Assembly (NCBI GenBank): GCA_950097015.1
Contig: CATNEN010000001.1
Location: 27,342,001 to 27,406,000 of the forward strand
Length of the DNA stretch: 64,000 nt
Source: Macrostomum hystrix
Taxonomy: Eukaryota; Animalia; Platyhelminthes
Direction of reading: 5' to 3'
The notes under the pieces are model-generated. The model saw nothing but the letters and a program-made list of their open reading frames with translations, was not told the DNA's origin and did not search any database. Both the position numbers and the translations under genes were made by a program. Every line of letters starts with the position of its first letter. Position 1 is the stretch's first letter. This document shows positions 49,079 to 61,532 of the stretch, one piece after another.

Positions 49079-50059
49079 GAAATACGAGTAGAACTACCAT
49101 AAATGTATCATATTTTGTGTGGTGAGGCAAAGCGGAAAACGCGGTTTGCAACTTTCTCGCACCAGGGTCACTGAGCTCGATTCCGCGATAGGGCTTGTCG
49201 TGCAATTTACGCCCTTGAGGGCCAACCTCCAAGGCCCAGTGAGAGTATACTGCCTGATGATGACTAAGTGCGTGCGTGTGTGCTCAGGTGTCAGAGAAAT
49301 TGGCACAGCTGCAGCTGCGGTTCTATTGTCACTAAATGATGTGCCATTGCCCGCAGCCCTCCAACAATTAATATTATTTTTATTATCATACTTAGCTATC
49401 GTTCAGGTCCTTATGAGTCTAGCATTTGTGTTTTCGTTTCATCTGCAATAGAACGATCTGTGAAGAGACGTTCTCACACAATGTCGAAGCACTACGTTTT
49501 CCTTGCGAATGATTCTTATTTGATTCGACTGAGGTAACTTTTTTATTTTTGCATCCATGGCTTTTCGTCTTGTGACAGCTTCAAACAAGAAATTCAATAC
49601 TTTTCTTAACCTGTGAGTTTGTAGCCTCTAAGGTGTGGAAATTTGGCTGGGTTTGGCAACCTCCCCAGTCTACAGCCTGTACAGCTGTTTACAGCCTTTT
49701 CAAGCACCGCGCAATGGTTGTACTGGTGCATTTAGATGCACTGGCACACTCAGGTGAAATTCCTGTCTCATATATTATCCGCAGAAAAAAAAATAAAAAA
49801 CTGACGATCGAAGCTTTGCTTTTGTTCCTAATTTTTTTTGTCTTTTTAAATCAAAACCCCTGTACAAGTAATACTTTAAGTCTCAAATGTCGAAGCTCGA
49901 TAATTTCTAACTTTGAAATTAGATAGAAATTAAATAGATTAGACTAAACTTTGAAATTCATTTTGACTGGAACATTTTAGGTTTAAAAAAAAGATACTTA
50001 AAGATTTTCATTAGTCAACTGATTTAAATATAATTTCCTTACACTCTCCCTCCGTCTAT

Positions 50060-50475
50060 CAGGTGATTTGTTATCGATCTGTTAGATGTGCTCTCAATTT
50101 GACAGGTGAGTTCTTGATCTGTCAGATGAGTTCTCAATCTTTCAGGTGAGTTCTCAATCTGTCAAGTGAGTTCTCAATCTGTCAGGTGAGTTCTCGATCT
50201 GTCAGTTGAGTTTTTGATCTGTCAGGTGAGTTCTCAATCTGTCAGGTGAGTTTTTGATCTGTCAGGTGAGTTCTCAATCTGTCAGGTGAGTTTTTGATCT
50301 GTCAGGTAAGTTCTCAATCTGTCAGGTGAGTTCTCAATCTGTCAGGTGAGTTTTTGATCTGTCAGGTGAGTTCTCAATCTGTCAGGTGAGTTCTCGATCT
50401 GTCAGGTGAGTTTTTGATCTGTCAGGTGAGTTCTCAATCTGTCAGGTGAGTTCTCGATCTGTCAGGTGAGTTCTG
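50060..50475. repeat. 20-bp minisatellite (atctgtcaggtgagttctca), ~20 copies
   Basis: Directly visible. Confidence 0.95.
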
Positions 50476-51327
50476 TGAAGTAATGTTTTAATCTGTAATT
50501 TACTTATTCGTTAGTGAGGTATATTATTTTTTATCTGTCAAGTACTTTCTCATAGCTTCAAGTGAGTTAGTTCTGTCTAAGAATTTGTTTAGCTTCAGTC
50601 TCTGTCCCGTGGTTATTTCGGCCAGCGCAAAGCGGCAATACCTAACAATGAGGACCTCATCAATCAGCGCCTGAATTAGTTTTTTTGGCTCTCGGTGTGT
50701 GGTCAGCTCAAGATATTTTATGAATGCCGTGCTCTATTCAAAGTCAGGTGGTTGGTACTCTTTAGTGCAGCGAATGCAATAACAACAAAATATAAGGAAT
50801 GCAAAAACTGAGCCATTCTCTCACCGTTTTCTAACTCAATGGCCAGCCAGAGACGCCAGTGATATGCGCTTTTACATCGCTGGACTCAAGCATGCTGCGT
50901 ACCAGCTTTTATCTTGCTCAGCATGCGCATTATTGTCCAGAAGTGAAGGAAATCGTTTCTAAAATATTCGCTCATCTTTTCTTCAATTCAGAGTCATAAA
51001 CGGAATTCCATTCATGTTTTTACGACCCGGGACTCGCTTATTTCAAAATGCCCCTCCCCATCGTCTGCCTCCCGGCACCAGACAGGCTCGATGCTCAAGC
51101 GGATGCTCGACAGCTTATTCACATGCCGGCGCACCCAGTTTTTGTGCCCCGGACCGCCCTGGTTTGGCGCGAAACCGGCTTTATTGTGTGAGCGAGCTAT
51201 AATACACGAAGACGATGTATTATCTGCAGTTAATACATCTGCAGTTACCGAAACCAAAAAATATTCGACAATAAGCGAGAAGCCCCTCTGTGTATTCGGC
51301 GAACTGAAGGTCGAGCTGACAAAAAAG

Positions 51328-52457
51328 ATGCGTTCTGAGCGACCCACTGCGCTTCTGCTTGCTTGCGCCCTGTGTTTGACCTACCTGGGACAGGTGCATG
51401 GACTCACGGTCTCCTGTCCTCCAGGATGGATGACGTCAGCATACCGGATGTGCGTGGGCATTCCGGAACCTGGCAGCCGGGGCGTCAGCGCGGCATCGGC
51501 TGCGGAGGCCTGCGGCAAAGCTCTGCGCCATTCGAACGTGGCCGATCTGGGACATCGGGGAGTCAAGATGCTGGCCAAACAGCTCGCCAAGGGCAGCTCG
51601 CTCTGGGTCAGAAGCTGTCTGGCGGGTCATGAGGCTAAGCCCAGGTGAGCTGGCAGATGAGTTCTTCACAGGCATGGCTACAAAACGTTTTCTTCTAATA
51701 ATTTCACCCTAGATAGTTAGGGACTCATAACACTTCCTAAAGGCTGTGTACAGCTGTTCAGTCCATGGACTGGGGAGGTCGCTATGCCCAGCTGATTCTG
51801 GTGCCCATTTTACAGCTGAGCGAACTGAAATACGAGCTACCTGGCGAGTTAAAGTGCCTTGCTCAAGGACACAAATAGTTTGCCTTGAGTGGATACGGCA
51901 GGTTTTCCGACGTTCAGCAATTTCGATGGCGAATTGGGAACTTTTACATTACACCGACGTTCAATTGACGTTTCGTCGGATTTCGTCGGCGTAATGTAAA
52001 AGTTTCCATTTGCCATTCCCATTGTCTCTGGAAGTCGGTCACCCGACACTCCCATTCGATTGCGGCCCAATAGTACTAGTTTATTAGTAGTGAAATTGCA
52101 AGCTTAGAGCAGAATGAAACCTTCCTGAGCAGCGAGCCGCGCCGCTGCTGCCTGCTGAAGCCCTCCGGTCTGGTGGTCCAAGCTGACTGCTCTGAGCTGC
52201 ATCCTCCATTGTGCGTGAGCCAGTCACTGCTGAATCGGCAGAGACGCGCGGTGACTTCGTACAATGCGGCCACAACGGCTCCCTACACTGACCCTGTCAG
52301 CGCCATCGTAGGCAGCGTTGTGGGCTTCCTGATCTCATGCGCTGTTGTAGCATTCCTACTCTGGTGCTGCTGCTGCTACTGCAAGACAACAACGACCACA
52401 GTGGCCCCTGCGGCACAGCAGATGCAGGTGGTCAACATTCAGCAGAGCATGCGCTAG
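51328..52457 (+). CDS. CTLD-like/furin-site/TM/poly-Cys protein, paralog C (exons 51328-51644, ~52133-52457)
   Basis: MRSERPTALLLACALC signal, CPPGW, LWVRSC; phase-2 donor AG|GTGAGC; RRCCLL..ADCSELHPPLC..NRQRR..TM..WCCCCYC. Confidence 0.85.
51740..51900 (-). mobile_element. CORE-type SINE fragment in the intron of paralog C
   Basis: Reverse complement reads ccttgagcaaggcactttaac...cagttcgctcagctgtaaaatgggcacc...ccccagtccatggactgaacag, shared with 43055-43340. Confidence 0.72.
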
Positions 52458-52890
52458 GGTGGGCGGTGACTAAGGCTGGACTTCATGAGACACCGTTTCT
52501 ACTACTAAAAGCATTATTCAAGCTACCTACAAAACATTTTTTCGGAAAATTTAATTCAAACATTGTGCTTGTGTTTTTTAGTTTGCCCACAAAGTATTGA
52601 AATTTCCGTTTATCAGGTGTTACGCTTGTGCTTCTGTGAGTAGCCACCATCGAGTAGAGTTTATAAAATGTTCAAATATAATAGAACTTCTGCATACTTT
52701 CGACGTAATTCTATCTGTCACTAGTTTTATAAGAATATTTTTAACTGCAAATTTTAAATCAACAATCAGACGATGCTTAAATATTTTTTCAAATATATTA
52801 GTTTCTTTTCGCATCAGACCCAAAAACGGTGTCCACTTTTTTACTTCACAACTAAAATATAAACTTCAACCAGCAGAAAATAACAGAATG

Positions 52891-55800
52891 ATGACAGATT
52901 TCGGGTTGCTATGACAGATTTGGGGTTGCTATGACAGATTTGGGGTTGCTATGACAGATTTGGGGTTGCTATGAAAGATTTGGGGTTGCTATGACAGATT
53001 TGGGGTTGCTATGACAGATTTGGGGTTGCTATGACAGATTTGGGGTTGCTATGAAAGATTTGGGGTTGCTATGACAGATTTGGGGTTGCTATGAAAGATT
53101 TGGGGTTGCTATCATGGATTTGGGGTTGCTATGACAGATTTGGGGTTGCTATGAAAGATTTGGGGTTGCTATCATGGATTAGGGTTGCTATCATGGATTT
53201 GGGGTTGCTATCATGGATTAGGGTTGCTATCATGGATTTGGGGTTGCTATCATGGATTAGGAGTTGCTATCATGGATTAGGGGTTGCTATCATGGATTAG
53301 GGGTTGCTATCATGGATTAGGGGTTGCTATCATGGATTAGGGGTTGCTATCATGGATTAGGGGTTGCTATCATGAATTTGGGGTTGCTATCATGGATTAG
53401 GGTTGCTATCATGGATTAGGGTTGCTATCATGGATTTGGGGTTGCTATCATGGATTAGGGGTTGCTATCATGGATTAGGGTTGCTATGAAAGATTTGGGG
53501 TTGCTATGAAAGATTTGGGGTTGCTATCATGGATTTGGGGTTGCTATCATGGATTAGGGTTGCTATCATGGATTAGGGGTTGCTATCTTGGATTTGGGGT
53601 TGCTATCATGGATTAGGGGTTGCTATCATGGATTAGGGGTTGCTATCATGGATTAGGGGGTGCTATCATGGATTAGGGGTTGCTATCATTGATTAGGGGT
53701 TGCTATCATGGATTAGGGGTTGCTATCATGGATTAGGGTTGCTATTTTGGATTTAGGGTTGCCGTCTTCGATTTGGGTTTGCTATCATGGATTAGGGTTG
53801 CTATCATGGATTTGGGGCAACTATCATGGATTAGGGTTGCTATCATGGATTTGGGGCAACTATCATGGATTAGGGTTGCTATCATGGATTTGGGGTTGCT
53901 ATCATGGATTAGGGTTGCTATCATGGATTTGGGGTTGCTATCATGGATTAGGGTTTGCTATCATGGATTAGGGGTTGCTATCATGGATTTGGGGTTGCTA
54001 TCATGGATTAGGGTTGCTATCATGGATTTGGGGTTGCTATGACAGATTTGGGGTTGCTATGACAGATTTGGGGTTGCTATGACAGATTTGGGGTTGCTAT
54101 CATGGATTTGGGGTTGCTATCATGGATTAGGGTTGCTATGACAGATTTGGGGTTTGCTTTGACAGATTTGGGGTTGCTATGACAGATTTGGGGTTGCTAT
54201 GACAGATTTGGGGTTGCTATGACAGATTTGGGGTTGCTATGACAGATTTGGGGTTGCTATGACAGATTAGGGGTTGCTATGACAGATTAGGGGTTGCTAT
54301 GACAGATTTGGGGTTGCTATGACAGATTTGGGATTGCTATGACAGATTAGGGGTTGCTATGACAGATTAGGGGTTGCTATGACAGATTTGGGGTTGCTAT
54401 GACAGATTTGGGGTTGCTATGACAGATTAGGGGTTGCTATGACAGATTTGGGGTTGCTATGACAGATTTGGGGTTGCTATGAAAGATTTGGGGTTGCTAT
54501 GACAGATTTGGGGTTGCTATGAAAGATTTGGGGTTGCTATGACAGATTTGGGGTTGCTATGAAAGATTTGGGGTTGCTATGAAAGATTTGGGGTTGCTAT
54601 GACAGATTTGGGGTTGCTATGACAGATTTGGGGTTGCTATGAAAGATTTGGGGTTGCTATGACAGATTTGGGGTTGCTATGACAGATTTGGGGTTGCTAT
54701 GACAGATTTGGGGTTGCTATGACAGATTTGGGGTTGCTATGACAGATTTGGGGTTGCTATGACAGATTTGGGGTTGCTATCATGGATTTGGGTTGCTATG
54801 AAAGATTTGGGGTTGCTATGACAGATTTGGGGTTGCTATGACAGATTTGGGTTGCTATCATGGATTTGGGTTGCTATGAAAGATTTGGGGTTGCTATGAC
54901 AGATTTGGGGTTGCTATCATGGATTTGGGTTGCTATGAAAGATTTGGGGTTGCTATGACAGATTTGGGGTTGCTATGAAAGATTTGGGGTTGCTATGACA
55001 GATTTGGGGTTGCTATGACAGATTTGGGGTTGCTATGAAAGATTTGGGGTTGCTATGACAGATTTGGGGTTGCTATGACAGATTTGGGGTTGCTATGACA
55101 GATTTGGGGTTGCTATGACAGATTTGGGGTTGCTATGACAGATTTGGGGTTGCTATGACAGATTTGGGGTTGCTATCATGGATTTGGGTTGCTATGAAAG
55201 ATTTGGGGTTGCTATGACAGATTTGGGGTTGCTATGACAGATTTGGGTTGCTATCATGGATTTGGGTTGCTATGAAAGATTTGGGGTTGCTATGACAGAT
55301 TTGGGGTTGCTATCATGGATTTGGGTTGCTATGAAAGATTTGGGGTTGCTATGACAGATTTGGGGTTTCTATGAAAGATTTGGGGTTGCTATCATGGATT
55401 TGGGTTGCTATCATGGATTTGGGGTTGCTATCATGGATTTGGGTTGCTATCATGGATTTGGGGTTGCTGTCATGGATTTGGGGTTGCTATCATGGATTAG
55501 GGGTTGCTATCATGGATTAGGGTTGCTATGAAAGATTTGGGGTTGCTATCATGGATTAGGGTTGCTATCATGGATTAGGGGTTGCTATCATGGATTTGGG
55601 GTTAATATCATGGATTAGGGGTTGCTATCATGGATTAGGGTTGCTATCATGGATTAGGGTTGCTATCATGGATTTGGGGTTGCTATCATGGATTTGGGTT
55701 GCTATCATGGATTTGGGGTTGCTATGAAAGATTTGGGGTTGCTATCATGGATTTGGGGTTGCTATCATGGATTAGGGTTGCTATCATGGATTTGGGGTTG

Positions 55801-56114
55801 CTATCATGGATTAGGGTTGCTATCATGGATTAGGGTTGCTATGAAAGATTTGGGGTTGCTATCATGGATTAGGGTTGCTATCATGGATTTGGGGTTGCTA
55901 TCATGGATTTGGGGTTAATATCATGGATTAGGGTTGCTATGAAAGATTTGGGGTTGCTATGAAAGATTTGGGGTTGCTATGAAAGATTTGGGGTTGCTAT
56001 CATGGATTAGGGTTGCTATCATGGATTAGGGTTGCTATCATGGATTTGGGGTTAATATCATGGATTTGGGGTTGCTATCATGGATTTGGGGCAACTATCA
56101 TGGATTAGGGTTGC
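52891..56114. repeat. 19-20-bp satellite, ~160 copies (gacagatttggggttgctat / catggattagggttgctat)
   Basis: Directly visible; variants arranged in domains; many units carry TTAGGG or TTTGGGG. Confidence 0.98.
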
Positions 56115-58724
56115 AATGCGGGAATGCAGGTACACTATCTAAGCAGCATTTTCATTAATTCGGGCTATTCAATGCGCATTATTGTTGTATTTGTAAAAAG
56201 ACTAATTTATATTCCAAACACCTGCTTCATGTTTCAAAATTACTATTGTGATATTTTGACTTAGGTCTCTCTTTACGTTGAGATTCCTAAATGAGGTCGG
56301 GTGTCCTACTCTTTGTGAGAGATTCTCTTTTCGCAACTCGAAAATAACGAAGACAAGACGATTCAAATTCCAAGCTAAACAGCTGATATTCAAGTGTTAA
56401 TCAGTAAATAAGAGAAAGCTATGATCACTGATCAATTCCCCTGGCAGCGCTCTTTTCGTCCCCTGCCAGGTACTGTACTTAATTCAATCCAATTCACAAT
56501 TCGCACTAACAAAATCTCGATAACCGCAACACAAAACACGAACTCTACTCGATAATACGACACGATAAATAACACAAATAAATCCTAGACAAACAGATAG
56601 TCCCTATGACAAACAAGACAAATAACGCGAAACCTAACCAGAATCCCTAACATAAAACCGAGGCGACCAGCAAGTACTTCTGCACTATGGCACAACGATA
56701 GTTCTATCGTGCCACACCTAATGTCTGTTCGACGGCGTCCCACCGATGATTGTCGGCGATATGGAGAGTGCTTCCGTGCTTGCCAATCCCTATCTAACAC
56801 TCCGTCAGCAGTTGGCCAGACGTACCGAGCTCAGCGCAAGCTACTTACTGACGTGGGGTTGAGTGTGGGGGTTTTCTTTGACTAACTAGTTGGACCGGTT
56901 TACCTGTCCCGGTATCTATTTACTAGGATGCGTAACACGAATGAGAACAATATCAAGATCAAGAGCAAGAGCAAGGTCGAACGCGAGACCAGAATCACAT
57001 GAGAACAATATTTCAGCGCAATAGTCAGTTTTATAGTCAAGCGCCCGCCCCAGCCCTCATCAAAGCCTGGGTGCCGGCCGCGCCGCTTGTTCTTCTGCCA
57101 GGTCGACCCTGCCGGTTAACGAACCGGCTGCTGATTGGCCCGGCTCGGGGTGTCGCACTTAAGTCGGTTCACTTCAATCGGCTAGCCGTCCTCCCATTGG
57201 TTGGGCCCACCAGACCAGGGCTAGTCTGATGCATTGGCTGTAGAGCAGGGGTGACCGGCCGGTCGCGTGTTAGGCCTGGCTGGGGTGCGCATGTACAAAC
57301 AACTAACCTATAAGATACATTAAAATAATTCATAATATTGACGTGCGCGAATAAGTTACTACAAGTAGAAATATACGCATTATAAAAACATGCCGACACT
57401 ACACTATGGCAGTTTTGCATTATATACTGCCATCTACTGCCCAGCACTAGTAGTAGTTTCAGTATCGTTAGACATGTGGCTCAAGTAGACTAAAGGACAA
57501 GGCAATTTGGGTATTGAGTGGCAGAGCCGACTAGGTCTCTGAGCTCTATTCCGCGAATGTACACTTGCCTGAAGCTGCGAAAGTCTGGACAGGTGTACAC
57601 ACCTGTGTAATGTACATTCCGATTCTGCATTACGCATCCGTGTGCATGTGTGCTCAGGGTGCTCAGTGTGTGCTCGCTGGCTGCGGATCTAGTGATGGGG
57701 GAACTATCATGTATTTTAGCATGATCCTACGCCAGGCCCCATAGCCCCTAAAGTGTATTTTATTTTTATAGAGCAAACTAAACTATTAGATTCGATGCTT
57801 TGCTGAGTTCTATGAAAGGACACATATGAATACTTTACCTGCATCACCCCACATTCCCGCAGTGGTACCACCCGAGACACAATGGTCTCACAATTAGCGC
57901 CAGGCCAATTGAATTGCAAAGCAAAGATACACAATGTGCCTTGTGCACACCTGTGTGCCGCGAAATAACTTGGCGCAAGAGACCCACTGACCGCGGCTGC
58001 TGTCCCTGCAGTCAGGCGCCTCCGGGTGCTCACAGAGGTCAGCAAAAAGTTGAAAACCAACAAAATTATTCTACTTTCACTTTGTTATCAGATGTATTGC
58101 AAAATCACTGATAAATTATTATAATTAATAATCTAAAAATTTTAAGAACCCCATTGCTAATGCGCAATAATGTGCATTGCGTTGCAAGCAACCCAGGCGT
58201 GAGCATTCCTTCAAGGTCAGATTTCTATTGGTCGGGGCCACCCCACAGACGCCATTATTTTCCCTGCCAGTCTCTGGGTTCATTAATCATTGGTCCCGAC
58301 TGCATTCTCATTGTTCGCTCTCATTACTCTGTCCATTCTCATTGCTCTGTGGGCACTTTCCATGGCGCTCTGGTTTGCAGTTACTTTTACGATGCCGACT
58401 TTCTGCAGAGTTAGTTTGCACCAAGTCTTGCCAGACATTTTAATTCTGTCATTATGTTCCCTACGTATGGAAATAGCTCTCGAATACACCCATTCTTATA
58501 TTCTCATCGTTCGCATCAATTTGCAGCCGGTGGGCTAGCCAACCATTACTATTCATTAATTTTGCGGATGAAGTAACTATTTTTAAACGTCAAAGAAAAT
58601 AATTAATCTCATATGCATATAAGCCAATGTCACAATTAGCAGAAATCTAGCCCTGAAAAAGGCAGAACAGAAAACTAACCGAACGCAGCTCTTTACAGGA
58701 AGCCGCTTTGGCGGAATTTCAAGC

Positions 58725-60148
58725 ATGCCATCTCACAGAACACCATATTTATGCATGAGCTGCACTCTGCTGCTGCTGATGACAGCCTCACAGCAGGTGG
58801 GCTGCACAGTCTGCCCACCTGGATGGCTGAGGACCACTGGAGGCGAGTGCCTGGGGGTCCCGAGAACCGTCGGTCCAGGCGTCGATGCCGCTTCGGCCGA
58901 GGACGTCTGCCGTGGACTGGTTGACCGCGCTGAAGTCGTGGACGTCTCGGACCCCATTGTCTACCGGACGGCACAACTGCTGGCTCGAGGTCGGTGGCTG
59001 TGGGTGACCGGCTGTCCTGAGCGAATCCAAGATGACAAACACAGGTGAGACTAACACGGACACTTGATACTAATAACAATAATAAGTTCAGGACGGTTGC
59101 GGGCAACGGAACACCAATTGGTGACCCGCAGCCAGCGAGGAGGCAATTCTGCCCATTCCACTGACTTCTGAGCACACACGCACACAGATACCATCGGCTG
59201 GCACACGCTCAAACAGGTTTGTTCATTTGCCCTGACTTTCTCATCAGGCAGTTTACACTTCACTGTGCCTACTAGCTTGGCCTGAAAGGCGTAAATTGTA
59301 CGACAAGTCCGCGGATGCGCCCCAACGCGGATGTGGCCTCGCCGCGGAATCGAGCCCAGGGACCTTGAGCTCGATGCAAACGCGTTAACCGCTCTGCCAT
59401 TCAACCCCACCCCCACGGTCACTACATTGCAATGAAAATCACGCCAAGCTTTGGACGACTTATTTAGCTGGAATCCTATTCTAAAGGAGACGATTTAGGA
59501 CCTTGAACAAATACACTTGGACCTAGATACTTGGTTGGGTAGAGCACGGACTGAACAGTTGTGCACAGCCATGGAAGCGCCCAGAGTTAGCTGCGGCTGT
59601 GCCACTGTCTGCTCATCTGGGTTATTTTTTTAATTCATTTAGGGGATATCTGATCCAAAACCCGCAGACCGGCGCGTCGATGCTGCGTCCTCGGAGCAAC
59701 CGGAGCACCTGACATCGCCGACTGCTCTGAGCGGCACCGCCCTCTGTGCACCTGGAAGCCCGCGCGGAGTCGCCGGAAGCGAGCCGTCGTCACAACTACC
59801 ACAACCGGAGCCACCTTCCCAATCGCCAGAAATGCCTCCTACAATGCGCCTTCTCCAATCAGCAATTCGCTAGCCGAAGTTGGAGGCCCAATGATATTCC
59901 TGGCTACCTGCGGAGGTGTGGCGCTGTTCATTTGGGGCTGCTGCTGCTGCGCCTGTTGTTGGTGCTTTTTCTGTTTGCGCAGATGCGCCGAGTGCCGCTT
60001 CAGCTGCTGCCCCAATGCCTTCGATAAGAAGGATATGGATGTGAAGGTGCCAGTCACTGCCGTGTATGCAATCGAGCAACAGCAGCCACCGATTCCACTT
60101 GTCCGCTTGATTCCCTCTGTAGGACAAACAAATTCAGCTTTGTCTTGA
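58725..60148 (+). CDS. CTLD-like/furin-site/TM/poly-Cys protein, paralog D (exons 58725-59044, 59668-60148)
   Basis: Near-duplicate of B in both exons; acceptor CCCGCAG at 59667; different C-terminal end. Confidence 0.85.
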
Positions 60149-61532
60149 TATTTGTAACTAGTTTTGATACTTTTAAATCGGCTAATATGCATGTTTTGAC
60201 AATTTGCTATCAATTATTTCTTTATTTCTCAAGAACTTGCTGTCTTCTTAGGTTTTAGTTTATAGCTATTGAAAGAATCTTCCAGATGTAGTCTACTAAT
60301 TGTGCAGTATATTGTTTTGTGCTTTGTCTTTGGCTTCGCAATGAAATGAAAGAAGGAAAAATCCTGAAAATGGGCAAGATAGATTGTTTGAACAGGGACC
60401 GGTCGGCAAAATTCGATATCGTCATAGAAGTTTTGAACCATAGACATTTTGTCGTTTGTACGAAGACCCAAAATTATGTCTATGGCCACCAAATATCCAA
60501 CAGTCTAAAAAACTGGACGCTCGTAAAATACAAAGAGCCTACTCGAAGGGTGAAAATTTAAGTATTTAAGTAATTCAAGTAAGAACAGTGGACCATATAA
60601 AAGAAACTTTTTGCAATATGATAATAATATATTCTGTGGCCTGAGCAATACGAATTAATGATTTGTTTTAAAGACCGAGACAGACCACACACGAAGCCAC
60701 AGGACTTACAGTTCTGTGTACGCAGCTGAGCTCGAAAAACAATTTTCAGCTTAATTTATAGGCTTGACGATAAACACACGCTTTAAGTCTAAACACGTAT
60801 CAGTTAATTGAAAATTATGTGCAGAAGAAGTTATAACGAGCACACCAATCATATGAAATGACCTCACATTCCTGCGAGACAGTAGTAAGCAACGGTTGAA
60901 ACAGCTTAAGGGTGGCTTTGTACAAATCGGTGATGGCTACGGCTACGGCTACGGCTATCGAGCATCATTTGGTGAAATTCGAGCCGCTGCCAGGGAGGAG
61001 GCTATTCTCCCCATTACGCTGATCCCTGAGCACAAAAAGACACACGGATACGCTAGGCAGGAGCACACCCACCCATAGACGTTATCACTGTCAGGCAGTG
61101 TGCACTCTCACTGTGCCATGGGGTTAGGATCCATTGCACGACAAGCGTGCCAACACATCACACAATGCACACTTTTATAGGCAGCATTTATTATCATGAA
61201 CTCAATTGCACTCGTTGAATAGACCAACTAGGAAGCATATAAAATTGATGGCACTGCTTCAGTTTACATCAAAATTCATACCCAAGTTCAATGCAGTGTC
61301 ACGACTATGTAATTGGACGGTGAAGGGTACGCGGGTCGAGAACAACGACAGAGTTAGTCTACACATAGCGGACACAGTAACACCGACCCACGAGCCGCTT
61401 TTCAAACTCACTAAACAATACGTACTCTTTATCGGCAAAACTTATAAAACAAATATAGGTGCAGAAGCAGACAGAAAAATAACTGAACCTGCACACAGTA
61501 GAACTTACAACTTTAAGTACAAAATTGCAAAC

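Noticed and set aside
52891-56114. True telomere or interstitial (TTAGGG)n tract
   Set aside because: Hexamers are isolated within 19-20-bp units, never tandem.
56400-57300. Possible LTR or Penelope remnant
   Set aside because: No paired LTR, TSD, convincing PBS or protein motif could be established by eye.
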